Shown: positions 19,093 to 28,550 of the stretch, one piece after another
Position numbering within the stretch: the stretch's first letter is position 1
Layout: the number at the start of each line of letters is the position of its first letter
Notes under the pieces: generated by a model
The model's input: the letters and a program-made list of their open reading frames with translations, nothing else
Database searches by the model: none
What the model was told of the DNA's origin: nothing
NCBI GenBank assembly: GCA_965208675.1
Contig: OZ242351.1
Span: 4,448,001 to 4,512,000, forward strand
Direction: 5' to 3'
Origin: Candidatus Poribacteria bacterium
GTDB lineage: Bacteria > Poribacteria > WGA-4E > PCPOR2b
Length of the DNA stretch: 64,000 bases
Made by a program: the position numbers and the translations under genes

Positions 19093-20568
19093 TTGGATAC
19101 ATTGAACAACGTCCAAAGCATTCGCTATTTTATCCCCGAATTGATTTTAGTTGTGTTTGTAGCAGGGGTAATCATATACGATCTGATTGGTCGGCAGGAA
19201 GGCGGCAGAAGAGCAGCCCATCTGTCGCTTGCGGGGCTTGCGGCGGCGCTCATAGCAGTGCTCCTAGTCGGCGCCGCGGACCGCTCCCTATTCCTTGGGA
19301 TGATTCAGCTTGATAGTTTTGCGGTGTTCTTTAAAGTCATCATCTTGATTACGACCGCCGTCACTATCCTGTTTTCTATGGGTTCCGAGGAACTCGACCC
19401 GCGCACAAAGGGGGAATACTACGCCCTTCTGCTGGCGGTTACGCTAGGGATGTTCCTCATGGCGTCATCGACGCACCTACTCATGATCTATCTCTCGATT
19501 GAAACCGTCAGTTTGGCATCATACATATTAGCCGGCTTTTTGACGCACAGTCCGCGGTCGAGTGAAGCCGCGTTCAAGTATATCATCTACGGCGCGGTTG
19601 CTTCGGGAACCATGCTGTTCGGTATTTCGCTGATATTCGGCTTGACTGGCACGGGAGATGTCGTGCAGGTCAGTAATGTGTTGTCGGAGTTGTTCAGTTC
19701 AGGCGGGGGCGACTATCAGTTAGCGGTATTGGTGTCGATAATATTTGTCCTAGCGGGTGTCGGTTACAAAATCGCCTCTGTTCCGTTTCACATGTGGTCG
19801 CCCGATGTGTACGAAGGGGCGCCGATTCCGATAACGGCGTTTCTGTCGGTTGCTTCCAAATCTGCCGGTTTTGCACTGTTCATCCGCCTGTTTTATTCTG
19901 GGTTTGGGTCCGCAAATGTCATCGAGTCCGTTGATTGGTCGTTACTGTTAGCCGTCGTTGCCGCCTTAACCATGACGGTTGGTAATCTAGCAGCGCTTCC
20001 GCAGCAGAATGTCAAGCGCCTGCTTGCGTACTCCAGCATTGCGCACGGCGGGTACGTGCTTATGGGCGGAGTCTTGCTAACGGCTGAAGGCGTTCAGGCA
20101 ATTCTATTTTATCTGATTATTTATCTCTTTATGAACTTGGGCGCTTTCTTCGTTGTTATTCTTATCGCGGAACGGATTGGCAGTGAGACCATCGACGGGT
20201 ACCGCGGGCTCGTTACCCGTGCGCCCTTGGTGGCGATATCCATGGGGATTTTCCTCTTTTCTCTGACCGGCATCCCGCCGCTTTCTGGATTTATTGGTAA
20301 ATGGCTGCTTTTTAAGGCTGTGCTTACGGAAGAATTCTACTGGTTGGCGATTGTTGGCTTGCTTAACAGCGTTGTATCTCTGTATTACTATGTGCGAATT
20401 GTAAAAGCCATGTTTCTGGATTCGTCGGACGAACCTAACCCCGTATCCTTTTCCATAGGCAGCCGCGCATTGCTAGTGGTGTTTGTTGTTCCGACGATCC
20501 TGTTAGGGCTTTATTGGGCGCCAGTGTACCAGTTGTCCAAGGCGTCGCTCGGAAAAATTCTGGGCTAA
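19093..20568 (+). CDS. nuoN: NADH-quinone oxidoreductase subunit N
   Basis: PFHMWSPDVYEGAP, KRLLAYSSIAHGGY, GIPPLSGFIGK. Confidence 0.97.
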   Translation: MDTLNNVQSIRYFIPELILVVFVAGVIIYDLIGRQEGGRRAAHLSLAGLAAALIAVLLVGAADRSLFLGMIQLDSFAVFFKVIILITTAVTILFSMGSEELDPRTKGEYYALLLAVTLGMFLMASSTHLLMIYLSIETVSLASYILAGFLTHSPRSSEAAFKYIIYGAVASGTMLFGISLIFGLTGTGDVVQVSNVLSELFSSGGGDYQLAVLVSIIFVLAGVGYKIASVPFHMWSPDVYEGAPIPITAFLSVASKSAGFALFIRLFYSGFGSANVIESVDWSLLLAVVAALTMTVGNLAALPQQNVKRLLAYSSIAHGGYVLMGGVLLTAEGVQAILFYLIIYLFMNLGAFFVVILIAERIGSETIDGYRGLVTRAPLVAISMGIFLFSLTGIPPLSGFIGKWLLFKAVLTEEFYWLAIVGLLNSVVSLYYYVRIVKAMFLDSSDEPNPVSFSIGSRALLVVFVVPTILLGLYWAPVYQLSKASLGKILG

Positions 20569-20571
20569 ACC

Positions 20572-20600
20572 TTGACAATCAACTGAGTTACTGTTATAAT
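20572..20600 (+). promoter_or_regulatory. Consensus sigma70 promoter of the tRNA pair
   Basis: TTGACA-17 nt-TATAAT with extended TG. Confidence 0.8.
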
Positions 20601-20612
20601 TCTACTTGGCTT

Positions 20613-20686
20613 TGCCGGGTCGTCTAATGGTAGGACGCATGGCTCTGGACCATGTCGCGAGGGTTCGAGTCCTTCCCCGGCAGCCA
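20613..20686 (+). tRNA. tRNA-Gln (anticodon CTG)
   Basis: Acceptor TGCCGGG/CCCGGCA, anticodon arm CATGG-CTCTGGA-CCATG, GTTCGAG T-loop, encoded CCA. Confidence 0.95.
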
Positions 20687-20695
20687 ATTTACCAC

Positions 20696-20767
20696 GGCGC
20701 TATCGTCTAGGGGTTAGGACGGGTGGTTCTCAGCCATCAAACCGGGGTTCGATTCCCCGTAGCGCTA
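20696..20767 (+). tRNA. tRNA-Glu (anticodon CTC), CCA not encoded
   Basis: Acceptor GGCGCTA/TAGCGCT, anticodon arm GGTGG-TTCTCAG-CCATC, GTTCGAT T-loop. Confidence 0.95.
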
Positions 20768-20794
20768 TCTCCGAAAATTTACTTGAATACCCAT

Positions 20795-20850
20795 AGCCGC
20801 ATTCGGACGGACATAGTTCCAAGCAATGGGTCCGCCGAGTGCGGCTTTTT
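20795..20850 (+). terminator. Rho-independent terminator after the tRNAs
   Basis: AGCCGCATTCGG..CCGAGTGCGGCT followed by a T run. Confidence 0.7.
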
Positions 20851-20945
20851 GCGTTTGGAATCATTTACGGTATGCCACGCCAGCTAACAGATAGCGTTTC
20901 TTCTATCGTTCACGTCGAAAAAGAACCGAGTTAACGGATTTGCGC

Positions 20946-20974
20946 TTGACATTTCCGGCAAAATAGGTTATAAT
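20946..20974 (+). promoter_or_regulatory. Consensus sigma70 promoter
   Basis: TTGACA-17 nt-TATAAT. Confidence 0.7.
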
Positions 20975-21143
20975 AAGTTAAGTAAACATAAAAGGAAATT
21001 GAAATGCTGTTATCTGGGGGTAAAATTCTATCATCTATTACTATTCAACGCTACTATTCAACGCCCGTGAGCAGGCGTAAGCCGATGATTCCATAGCATC
21101 GTCGGAGACGTAACAATCGCATCTCACAATTAGGAGCCGTAAT

Positions 21144-21518
21144 ATGAAATTTCTTATTGTCTTCACGATTTCCCTGAGTGTATTCAGTTGCCAACCCGAC
21201 ACGCCTGAAGTTAGTTTGGACATGCTCCTGGATAAACTTGAAGCGCACAGCGAAGTGCTGGAACAGAGGATTGCAAATCTTGAGGAGCGAATTACTTTAG
21301 TTGAACTGAAAATGTCTATTTTTAAAGCCAACCGCATCGCCATGATTGAAGCCTTGAATCGAAACGGCTATGATGGCGGCGCTTGGGATGCTGAAGTTGA
21401 CGCGTTCTTTGACGGCCTAACTGAGGGGCAACGAAAGGAGTTCGTTAAAGTACCAATGGAAGATTTCGTGGACTTGATGCATTCATACGGACTTACTTTC
21501 CCTTGGGAACGGCGATAA
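21144..21518 (+). CDS. Hypothetical lipoprotein with a coiled coil
   Basis: AGGAG SD; signal peptide ending in a lipobox-like VFS-C; heptad LEQRIANLEERI. Confidence 0.65.
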   Translation: MKFLIVFTISLSVFSCQPDTPEVSLDMLLDKLEAHSEVLEQRIANLEERITLVELKMSIFKANRIAMIEALNRNGYDGGAWDAEVDAFFDGLTEGQRKEFVKVPMEDFVDLMHSYGLTFPWERR

Positions 21519-21548
21519 ACCATACAACGGAGGAGGGAATAGTATCGC

Positions 21549-23483
21549 ATGGAACGTGCTCAACAACTGCTTACCGAGACTTTTGGCTTCGACCAATTTC
21601 TGCCCGGACAAACGGAAGTCATCCAACACTTGCTCGCCAAACGTTCAGCGCTGGCAATCTTTCCCACCGGCGGCGGGAAATCGCTCTGCTACCAATTGCC
21701 AGCGCTCACCTTCGACGGTATAACGGTTGTTATTTCGCCGTTGATTGCCTTGATGAAAGATCAGATTGATTTCCTTAAAAGCCGCGGCATTCCAGCCGAT
21801 CGGCTCGACTCAACCTTGTCTACCGAAGAGTCAAGGTCTGTCATGTCAGCATTATCGTCTGGAGAATTGCGCCTCCTGTACGCCGCACCGGAGCGATTTA
21901 GCAACGAACGCTTTTTGTACGCAATTAAGCGCACGAAAGTGTCAATGTTTGCCGTTGATGAAGCACATTGCATCTCGGAATGGGGTCACAACTTTCGACC
22001 GGATTACCTGAAACTCGCTCGATTCGCAAAGGAATGTGGTGCGGAGCGATTGTTTGCATTGACAGCGACGGCGACGCCTAAGGTGGCGAAAGACATCTGC
22101 GCAAGATTCGGCATACCGGGTGCATGCGTTGTTAGGACCGGTTTTTACCGAAAGAACCTCAAAGTGTTAATCACCCCAATAACCGCTGCCGGCCGCGAAA
22201 AGGCGTTGGTCGAAAGGTTGAACGGACTTCCCAGAGGCCCCACAATCGTCTACGTCACCCTGCAAAAGACAGCGGAGCAGGTGGCAGACAACCTCGCCTC
22301 GGCAGGACTTCCGGCACGAGCCTATCACGCTGGATTGAAAGATGAGCACCGGAATGAGGTGCAAGAGTGGTTCATGGGCGCAGACCAAGGCATTGTGGTG
22401 GCTACCATTGCATTCGGCATGGGTATCGATAAGTCAAACATTCGCTATATCTACCATTATAATCTGCCAAAGAGCCTTGAGAATTTTTCGCAGGAGATTG
22501 GGCGTGCCGGGCGGGATGGAGAGAATTCGATTTGCCAGATGTTTGTCTGTCTTGATGATGTTTGTACACTTGAAAACTTTGCCTATGGGGACACACCAAG
22601 CCGAAACGCAATCAGGGGTTTAGTCGAGGAAATTTTCGCCTTTTCCGGCCAGTTCGACGTTAGTCTATATGAACTTTCGAGGCGCCATGACATTCGTCAT
22701 TTAGTGATACGGACACTGTGCGTGAAATTGGAACTTTACGGTTATCTACAGGTACTGACCCCGTTCTACAGCCGTTACAAATTTCAACCGCTTGTTTCGT
22801 CGTCCGAAATTTTATCGAGGTTTGAAGGTGAACGCCGTCAATTCCTGACATCGGTATTCAACAAAACTCAAATAGCCAAGATTTGGTGTCACATCAATCT
22901 TGATGAAGCGGCAGCAGCGATTGATTGCTCACGCGATCGAATAGTGCGGGCTTTGGACTACCTAGAAGCGCAGGGATTGTTGAAAGTGCAACCCGAAGGA
23001 GTTCGTAATCGATTTGTCATCGTTAAGCAGCCCGATGACCTAGATCAGCTAACCGATGCGCTGTTTCAAAACGCACTGGAACTTGAAAAGCGTGAGGTAG
23101 AACGGATTGGACAAGTTATTGAATTGGCATCGCACGACGGGTGCCAAGTCGCACACTTAGCGGGGCACTTCGGTGAAAGACTCCCTCGCCACTGCGGACA
23201 TTGTGCCTGGTGTTTAAACGGCCATCAACCTACGAGCCTTCTACCCGCCAAACCGAGGGCAATTGAAGAAGGACTGTGGAAGCAACTACTTGATGCGTGG
23301 CATGGCCAGGATGAGCCAATTGACGACGCCCGTTCAATAGCCCGATTCGCGTGTGGAATTACCTCTCCACGATTAACGCAGTCTAAAATGTCGAGACATC
23401 CGCTTTTCGGATGCTTAGTGCACGTCCGATTTGATGAGATTCATAAGCGCGCCCAAACGGTTGCACAAGATTCAAAGCGTTAA
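21549..23483 (+). CDS. recQ: RecQ-family ATP-dependent DNA helicase
   Basis: PTGGGKSLCYQ, DEAHCISEWGHNFRPDY, QEIGRAGRDG, Zn-binding C..CGHC..C. Confidence 0.92.
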   Translation: MERAQQLLTETFGFDQFLPGQTEVIQHLLAKRSALAIFPTGGGKSLCYQLPALTFDGITVVISPLIALMKDQIDFLKSRGIPADRLDSTLSTEESRSVMSALSSGELRLLYAAPERFSNERFLYAIKRTKVSMFAVDEAHCISEWGHNFRPDYLKLARFAKECGAERLFALTATATPKVAKDICARFGIPGACVVRTGFYRKNLKVLITPITAAGREKALVERLNGLPRGPTIVYVTLQKTAEQVADNLASAGLPARAYHAGLKDEHRNEVQEWFMGADQGIVVATIAFGMGIDKSNIRYIYHYNLPKSLENFSQEIGRAGRDGENSICQMFVCLDDVCTLENFAYGDTPSRNAIRGLVEEIFAFSGQFDVSLYELSRRHDIRHLVIRTLCVKLELYGYLQVLTPFYSRYKFQPLVSSSEILSRFEGERRQFLTSVFNKTQIAKIWCHINLDEAAAAIDCSRDRIVRALDYLEAQGLLKVQPEGVRNRFVIVKQPDDLDQLTDALFQNALELEKREVERIGQVIELASHDGCQVAHLAGHFGERLPRHCGHCAWCLNGHQPTSLLPAKPRAIEEGLWKQLLDAWHGQDEPIDDARSIARFACGITSPRLTQSKMSRHPLFGCLVHVRFDEIHKRAQTVAQDSKR

Positions 23484-23704
23484 GCCGCAACTGAAGTTTC
23501 CGATGCAACCGATCACTAAAACCATCGCCCCATTTTTTGTGTGTGAGAATACAACCACATGCCTCTAATTCCCTCGGAAACATACAATTGAAGGTAGAGT
23601 CTGCGCGTCAATACCACAGAAGGAAAAGGGGCATTTCCCGGATTCTCATCCGTAAGCAGACGCAACTTGTACACAAAGCCGCAGCCGCAATCGGGGAGTA
23701 TTGA

Positions 23705-24958
23705 ATGACACGCGATGAAGCACTGCGCATCTTGGGATTGGCTAGCACGGCAAATCCCAACGATATTAAAAAGGCATACCGGAACCTCGTCAAAATTACA
23801 CATCCGGATAGAGATAGTTCCCCCGGTGCACAACAACGCTTTATACTTGTACAAACCGCATATGAGATTTTATCCGATCCATACCAACAATCTCGGTATG
23901 AACAAGAACAGGCGAGACGAGAACGCGCCGCGCGGGAGCGGGCTGAGCGGGAACGACAAGAACGGGAAGACAGAGAAAGAGTAGAGCGGGAAGCACGGGC
24001 GAGAGCAGGACGAGAACATCAGGAACGTGAAAGGGCAGAAAAAGAACGCCAAGAACAAGAAAGTCAGAGGAAAAAGGATGACAACAAAATTGGCGATTAC
24101 ATAGGCGGAGGATGTGGTTGCTTGATTATTTTCGGCATTATATCTGCCATAATTGGTGGGATACAAGATTCATGCGATGAAAGAACGCCGAAGGCGCGTG
24201 CAATTAAACACGTTATTTCTGAGCAATATGCCGATGCCATCGAAGATTTTGATGAGGCAATACGGCAAGACGCTACAGATGCGGACGCATATGCCCGCCG
24301 CGGCAAAGCTAAAGCTAAATTACAGCAGTACAACCATGCTATTAAGGATTATGATGAAGCGATTCGATTGGATTCTGATAATGCTAGTATTTATATCGAT
24401 CGAGGCTATGCAAAAAATAACCTAGAGCAATATTCTGAGGCCATTAAGGACTATGACGAAGCAATACGGCTAAGTCCAAAACACATGAGGCATGACTTTA
24501 CCTATGCGCTGCGTGGATATGCAAAAATCAAATTAGAACAATATCAAGATGCCATTAAAGACTTCGACCAATCAATACGATTGGATTTTAGTAAAAGGTA
24601 TACAACTATTACGTATACGTATCGTGGTTGGGCAAAATATAACCTAGGTTATTATCGGGCGGCAATATACGACTACAACGAAGTTATACACCTGAAATCT
24701 GAATATGTCTGGGATGCGTATAGTGATCGCGGGCTCTGCAAGGCTCAGCTTGGGCAACATGCTGGTGCAATTGAGGATTACAATGAGGCGATAGAACTCA
24801 AACCCGACAGCGCGGCGGCATATTATCGCCGCGCCTTGTCTTATATGGAATTGGGGCAGGAAGTCGAATCCAACAAAGATTTCGATAGAGCAATGGAACT
24901 TGCCCAAGAACAAGGTGATACAGAACTACAGAAGAAAATCAGGAGTGCTCGCGAATAA
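23705..24958 (+). CDS. J-domain membrane protein with C-terminal TPR repeats
   Basis: IKKAYRNL..HPD J-domain, R/E-rich linker, one TM helix (GCLIIFGIISAIIGG), about 6-7 TPRs (AIKDYDEAIRL). Confidence 0.88.
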   Translation: MTRDEALRILGLASTANPNDIKKAYRNLVKITHPDRDSSPGAQQRFILVQTAYEILSDPYQQSRYEQEQARRERAARERAERERQEREDRERVEREARARAGREHQERERAEKERQEQESQRKKDDNKIGDYIGGGCGCLIIFGIISAIIGGIQDSCDERTPKARAIKHVISEQYADAIEDFDEAIRQDATDADAYARRGKAKAKLQQYNHAIKDYDEAIRLDSDNASIYIDRGYAKNNLEQYSEAIKDYDEAIRLSPKHMRHDFTYALRGYAKIKLEQYQDAIKDFDQSIRLDFSKRYTTITYTYRGWAKYNLGYYRAAIYDYNEVIHLKSEYVWDAYSDRGLCKAQLGQHAGAIEDYNEAIELKPDSAAAYYRRALSYMELGQEVESNKDFDRAMELAQEQGDTELQKKIRSARE

Positions 24959-25072
24959 TCGTGGGAAATTCACCAGACAGTTTGGATTTCGGAGGTGGTT
25001 TGAATATCTAATCTCGAACCGATCGAGGTCTAGCCTTTAAGACGTGTGAAAACGTGTGGGGGTATGATTACT

Positions 25073-26179
25073 TTATTTTGTCGTTGTTTCGCCAAATAGC
25101 CGCAGAATTGCGGCAGCGGCAGTCTGAGTGTCTCGGAGCGGTTCAACTGGCGAAGAATCTGCCAGCGCGCGCGCAATGTCTTCCTCCAGATTCTTTATGT
25201 TGCTCCACCTGACAGATGCACGACGCATGATTTCTTGATAAACTCGGTTGCGCTTGGGATGCCGGCGTGTCTTGCGGTCAACCTCCAGAATAATCACCCG
25301 ACGGCCGCTGCTTGCGGCTTCGCAGACCATCGAAAAGCTGTCTTCGGTGACAACCACAAGATCGGACAATGCGAGAATCTGATTAACCGGATTGGCCAGG
25401 CTATTCCCACGGTGCGCCAATACGAGGATTGGGCAAAGCGCTGTGTTCGACATCCGCACACCAATCAGATTTTCAATGTCGATCGGAGTGCGGCGGGACG
25501 TTGTCAACAGAATTTGACAGTTGCGTGTTTCAGCGCTTCGGCATAAAACTTCAATCAGATGAGTTGCTGTATCACCGCTGATTCCCGCATAGCGGTCCTC
25601 ACCGCCGATGAGCACGCCAATCCGCCGGTGGTTTGGGGCATGGATAACCGTCGCGCCAATGTTGGAGTTTTCAAGATATTGGGTACGCCAAGCGTCTAAA
25701 TCTGCGGGCGAGATTCCGTTCGGCACGCCGATGGTCTTACATACATTGTTTCTGTCACGGCGGGGCCAGTGCATTCTGGGAAGGATAGCAAGATTAAAAT
25801 GCAAAATGCCGAGCGGCGACGGGCGGCGGCAGGTAACAGTCTTTGCGTGGAAAAGCTGTCCGAGAAGCAAGTTGACGGCGGCAACGGACGACCCTGTTGA
25901 GAGGATAAAATCTGCGTGTTCAATCGCGTCGAGTTGGTTTAACACGTTTCGTTCCAGCCCCATGCGCAGGGCACGCCTGATGAACCCGCGCCGTAGTCTA
26001 AATCTTCCAAATATGCGCATCAGCACACGCAGGAGGTTATCCCGCCCTTTGCTGCGGAAGGCAATGTCTAGCAACTGAAAGCTGCACTCAGGGAGCTGTT
26101 GTATCACGCCTAGCGACTGGTTGTAATGACCCGGTTTACCGTCACTCAAGACAATCGCATGGATGGTAGATTTGGACAT
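25073..26179 (-). CDS. ELM1 (mitochondrial fission ELM1-like) family protein
   Basis: LSDGKPGHYNQSLG, LTTSRRTP, VVTEDSFSMVCEA. Confidence 0.85.
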   Translation of the reverse strand: MSKSTIHAIVLSDGKPGHYNQSLGVIQQLPECSFQLLDIAFRSKGRDNLLRVLMRIFGRFRLRRGFIRRALRMGLERNVLNQLDAIEHADFILSTGSSVAAVNLLLGQLFHAKTVTCRRPSPLGILHFNLAILPRMHWPRRDRNNVCKTIGVPNGISPADLDAWRTQYLENSNIGATVIHAPNHRRIGVLIGGEDRYAGISGDTATHLIEVLCRSAETRNCQILLTTSRRTPIDIENLIGVRMSNTALCPILVLAHRGNSLANPVNQILALSDLVVVTEDSFSMVCEAASSGRRVIILEVDRKTRRHPKRNRVYQEIMRRASVRWSNIKNLEEDIARALADSSPVEPLRDTQTAAAAILRLFGETTTK

Positions 26180-26237
26180 AATCCGTACGCCTAAAACTCA
26201 AACATAAGCAGATTCCACCCTGAACAGTCATTGCCAA

Positions 26238-26582
26238 TCAAAACTCTCCCAGTGCTGCTTCTTCGGAATCGAATACGTCAATACTCTGGGACAGGCCAAT
26301 CACGTCGAAGAGCTCACGTGTTTGATCAGAAGTATGCGCTACGCGCAAAACACGGCCAGTGTTTCGCGCTTGCCAAATCAACTTGACGATGAGCCCAAAG
26401 CCGCCGCTTGTTATAAAACTCTGCTGATCGAAGTTAATCAGGATTTTGGTTAGTCCTTCGTTCTGCACCTGCTGATATGCGGTGTCCATCTCCTTTTCCG
26501 ATCCTTCTGTTAGGGAACCTGTCACGTCAACTATCGCCACGTCCCCAACTTTCCTGACTGAAATGTGGGTTTTTGACCACAT
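26238..26582 (-). CDS. STAS-domain anti-sigma-factor antagonist
   Basis: 114 aa; VDVTGSL, FITSGG phospho-Ser region, VFDSEEAAL. Confidence 0.85.
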   Translation of the reverse strand: MWSKTHISVRKVGDVAIVDVTGSLTEGSEKEMDTAYQQVQNEGLTKILINFDQQSFITSGGFGLIVKLIWQARNTGRVLRVAHTSDQTRELFDVIGLSQSIDVFDSEEAALGEF

Positions 26583-26627
26583 GCTTCTCCTTTTAGTTAT
26601 GTTTTCTCAAATTGAGATGTCAGCGGC

Positions 26628-28451
26628 TTAATTCAGTATTTGCGTATCCATATCCGGATTAACGTTCGGCGTTTGCGGAAGCCCCGGCTCGACAAACAAC
26701 GTCTTTTCGCGGGTGTATGTCACAAAACCGGGGGCGCTGCCTTTGGGTTTAACGACATACCGCGCCCACGTATAATCGACTGGAGCATAACTTGTATGGC
26801 GCGCCTTGCTGAAAAATGCTGCTATTTGGGCGGCTTGTAGTAGTGTTGGCATTGGAATATCGGGTCTGTTTTCAGGGTTTCGGATAATCACGTGTGAGCC
26901 GTGAATCTGTTTTGCGTGAAGCCACATATCCCGAGCGGTGGCAATCTGGCGGAGAAGGAGGTCATTCTCCTTGCTATTCCGTCCAACGTACATTTGAAAG
27001 CCGTTAGGCGAGGTAAACTTGCGAAATGTAGTCTCGCTTATCGCCTTCTTCTTGCCCCCTTTTCTCGACTTTATCCATCTCTTTGCCACAAACTCTGTGC
27101 GTATTGCGAGAAGTTCTTCCATCGTGCTCGCCTTCTCAACTTCCAACGCATAAGCCCGTAATACCTCCTGCTCCGCGGTGTTGTCAGCGATTAACTGAAT
27201 AATGACGGAACGCCCGCGTTTCGCCTTTGTGTAGCGTTTGAAGTATTGTTGCACATTTTCAGATGAACTGCGTTGCGGATCGAGTTCGATTTTAACGGGA
27301 TCCATTCCCGGACTGTAATAATTCTGTACTTCGACGCACGTTTGCCCGCGTTTGATACTATGAAGATTTGCCGTCAGAAGTTCGCCCTTTATCCGATAGT
27401 CATCAGCCTTGTCTGAATCCGCCAAATCCTGATGCAGCGAGACCAGCTTCCGATCGATTACAGTGCTCAGTTTGTCTAAAACTTGGTTCAGTGCGTGCCG
27501 TTCCAGCTTAATTGCCTCAACACGGCTTATCGTGTCGTAGTAAGCGCGGATTGCCTCATTCATGGTTTCGAATGGAATGCTTTCGGTATGCGGGAATTGA
27601 CGCAACGGCATCGCAGATACGGCAATCAGGTGACTGCTATCGTTCAGTAGTTCCAGCGCCGATTTAGTTTCCGGCATTACGGCTTCATTGGGTCCGGTGT
27701 CTTCATCAAAGTTCGCGATTAATATCTGCGGCTGGCTGTGCACTGGATTGAACGGTACAATAATCTGCTGGTATGCCTCCCACAACTGATGGGGAGTCGG
27801 ACTATCGCCGGCGCGCACAATTATCTCTTTAGCGAGTGCCGGGCTTAAACCATCAATCCGATTGAATAAAAATTTCCAGTTAAGTTCGCTCTGATTTTCA
27901 ATCAAGGCAGCAAACGTCCCATAATTCAGAGTTAGCGGGTGCAACTTCTCCTGCCTCGGCGGGGGCGTGTAATTTAAACCCGGCAGAATTTCACGATATC
28001 GGCTGACTGTTCCGTCAATATGCTTGATGCTCTCAAGGATTTTGCCGGTGGCTTCGTCAACCAAAATGATGTTACTATGTTTGCCCATAAACTCTGCAAC
28101 GATTGACCGGCGAGACAGATCGATAACGTCGGATTTAGGTTCGATAGTGATTTTTAGCACGCGATCCCAGCCCATCTGTTCGATGGCGGTGATTTTTCCA
28201 CGGGCGATGTGCTTCATCAAGAAATCCGCAAAATGCGAATCTTCATGTACGTTCGAGGGCCGTTCAATCAGATGCGTTCGCGCCTGAACGGGATGTGCTG
28301 AAATGAGCAGGCGGTAGGTTTCGGCTTTCTGAGAAATCTTCAACGCGATGCTCTGGCGATCCAACTGCTCAATATGGCGAATCTGCCCGTTGAGAATTGT
28401 ACCGCGTAGTTCATGAACCACAAGATGTAAAGCTAAGCTGTCGAACGACAT
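26628..28451 (-). CDS. rqcH: Ribosome quality control protein RqcH/Rqc2 (NFACT, FbpA-like)
   Basis: MSFD.., EFMGKHSNIIL, VGRNSKENDLL, WLHAKQIHGSHVII. Confidence 0.92.
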   Translation of the reverse strand: MSFDSLALHLVVHELRGTILNGQIRHIEQLDRQSIALKISQKAETYRLLISAHPVQARTHLIERPSNVHEDSHFADFLMKHIARGKITAIEQMGWDRVLKITIEPKSDVIDLSRRSIVAEFMGKHSNIILVDEATGKILESIKHIDGTVSRYREILPGLNYTPPPRQEKLHPLTLNYGTFAALIENQSELNWKFLFNRIDGLSPALAKEIIVRAGDSPTPHQLWEAYQQIIVPFNPVHSQPQILIANFDEDTGPNEAVMPETKSALELLNDSSHLIAVSAMPLRQFPHTESIPFETMNEAIRAYYDTISRVEAIKLERHALNQVLDKLSTVIDRKLVSLHQDLADSDKADDYRIKGELLTANLHSIKRGQTCVEVQNYYSPGMDPVKIELDPQRSSSENVQQYFKRYTKAKRGRSVIIQLIADNTAEQEVLRAYALEVEKASTMEELLAIRTEFVAKRWIKSRKGGKKKAISETTFRKFTSPNGFQMYVGRNSKENDLLLRQIATARDMWLHAKQIHGSHVIIRNPENRPDIPMPTLLQAAQIAAFFSKARHTSYAPVDYTWARYVVKPKGSAPGFVTYTREKTLFVEPGLPQTPNVNPDMDTQILN

Positions 28452-28550
28452 GGTGCATACCTCTTAAGCGGCCGGCAAAAAAGGCTGGGGTTTCTCCAAG
28501 AAGATAAGCAGGCGATGCGGTTTTTATTTAGGATACCTGCACGCTGTAGG

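Noticed and set aside
20613-25070. Integrative element at tRNA-Glu
   Set aside because: No integrase and no duplicated tRNA 3' end (att site) found downstream.
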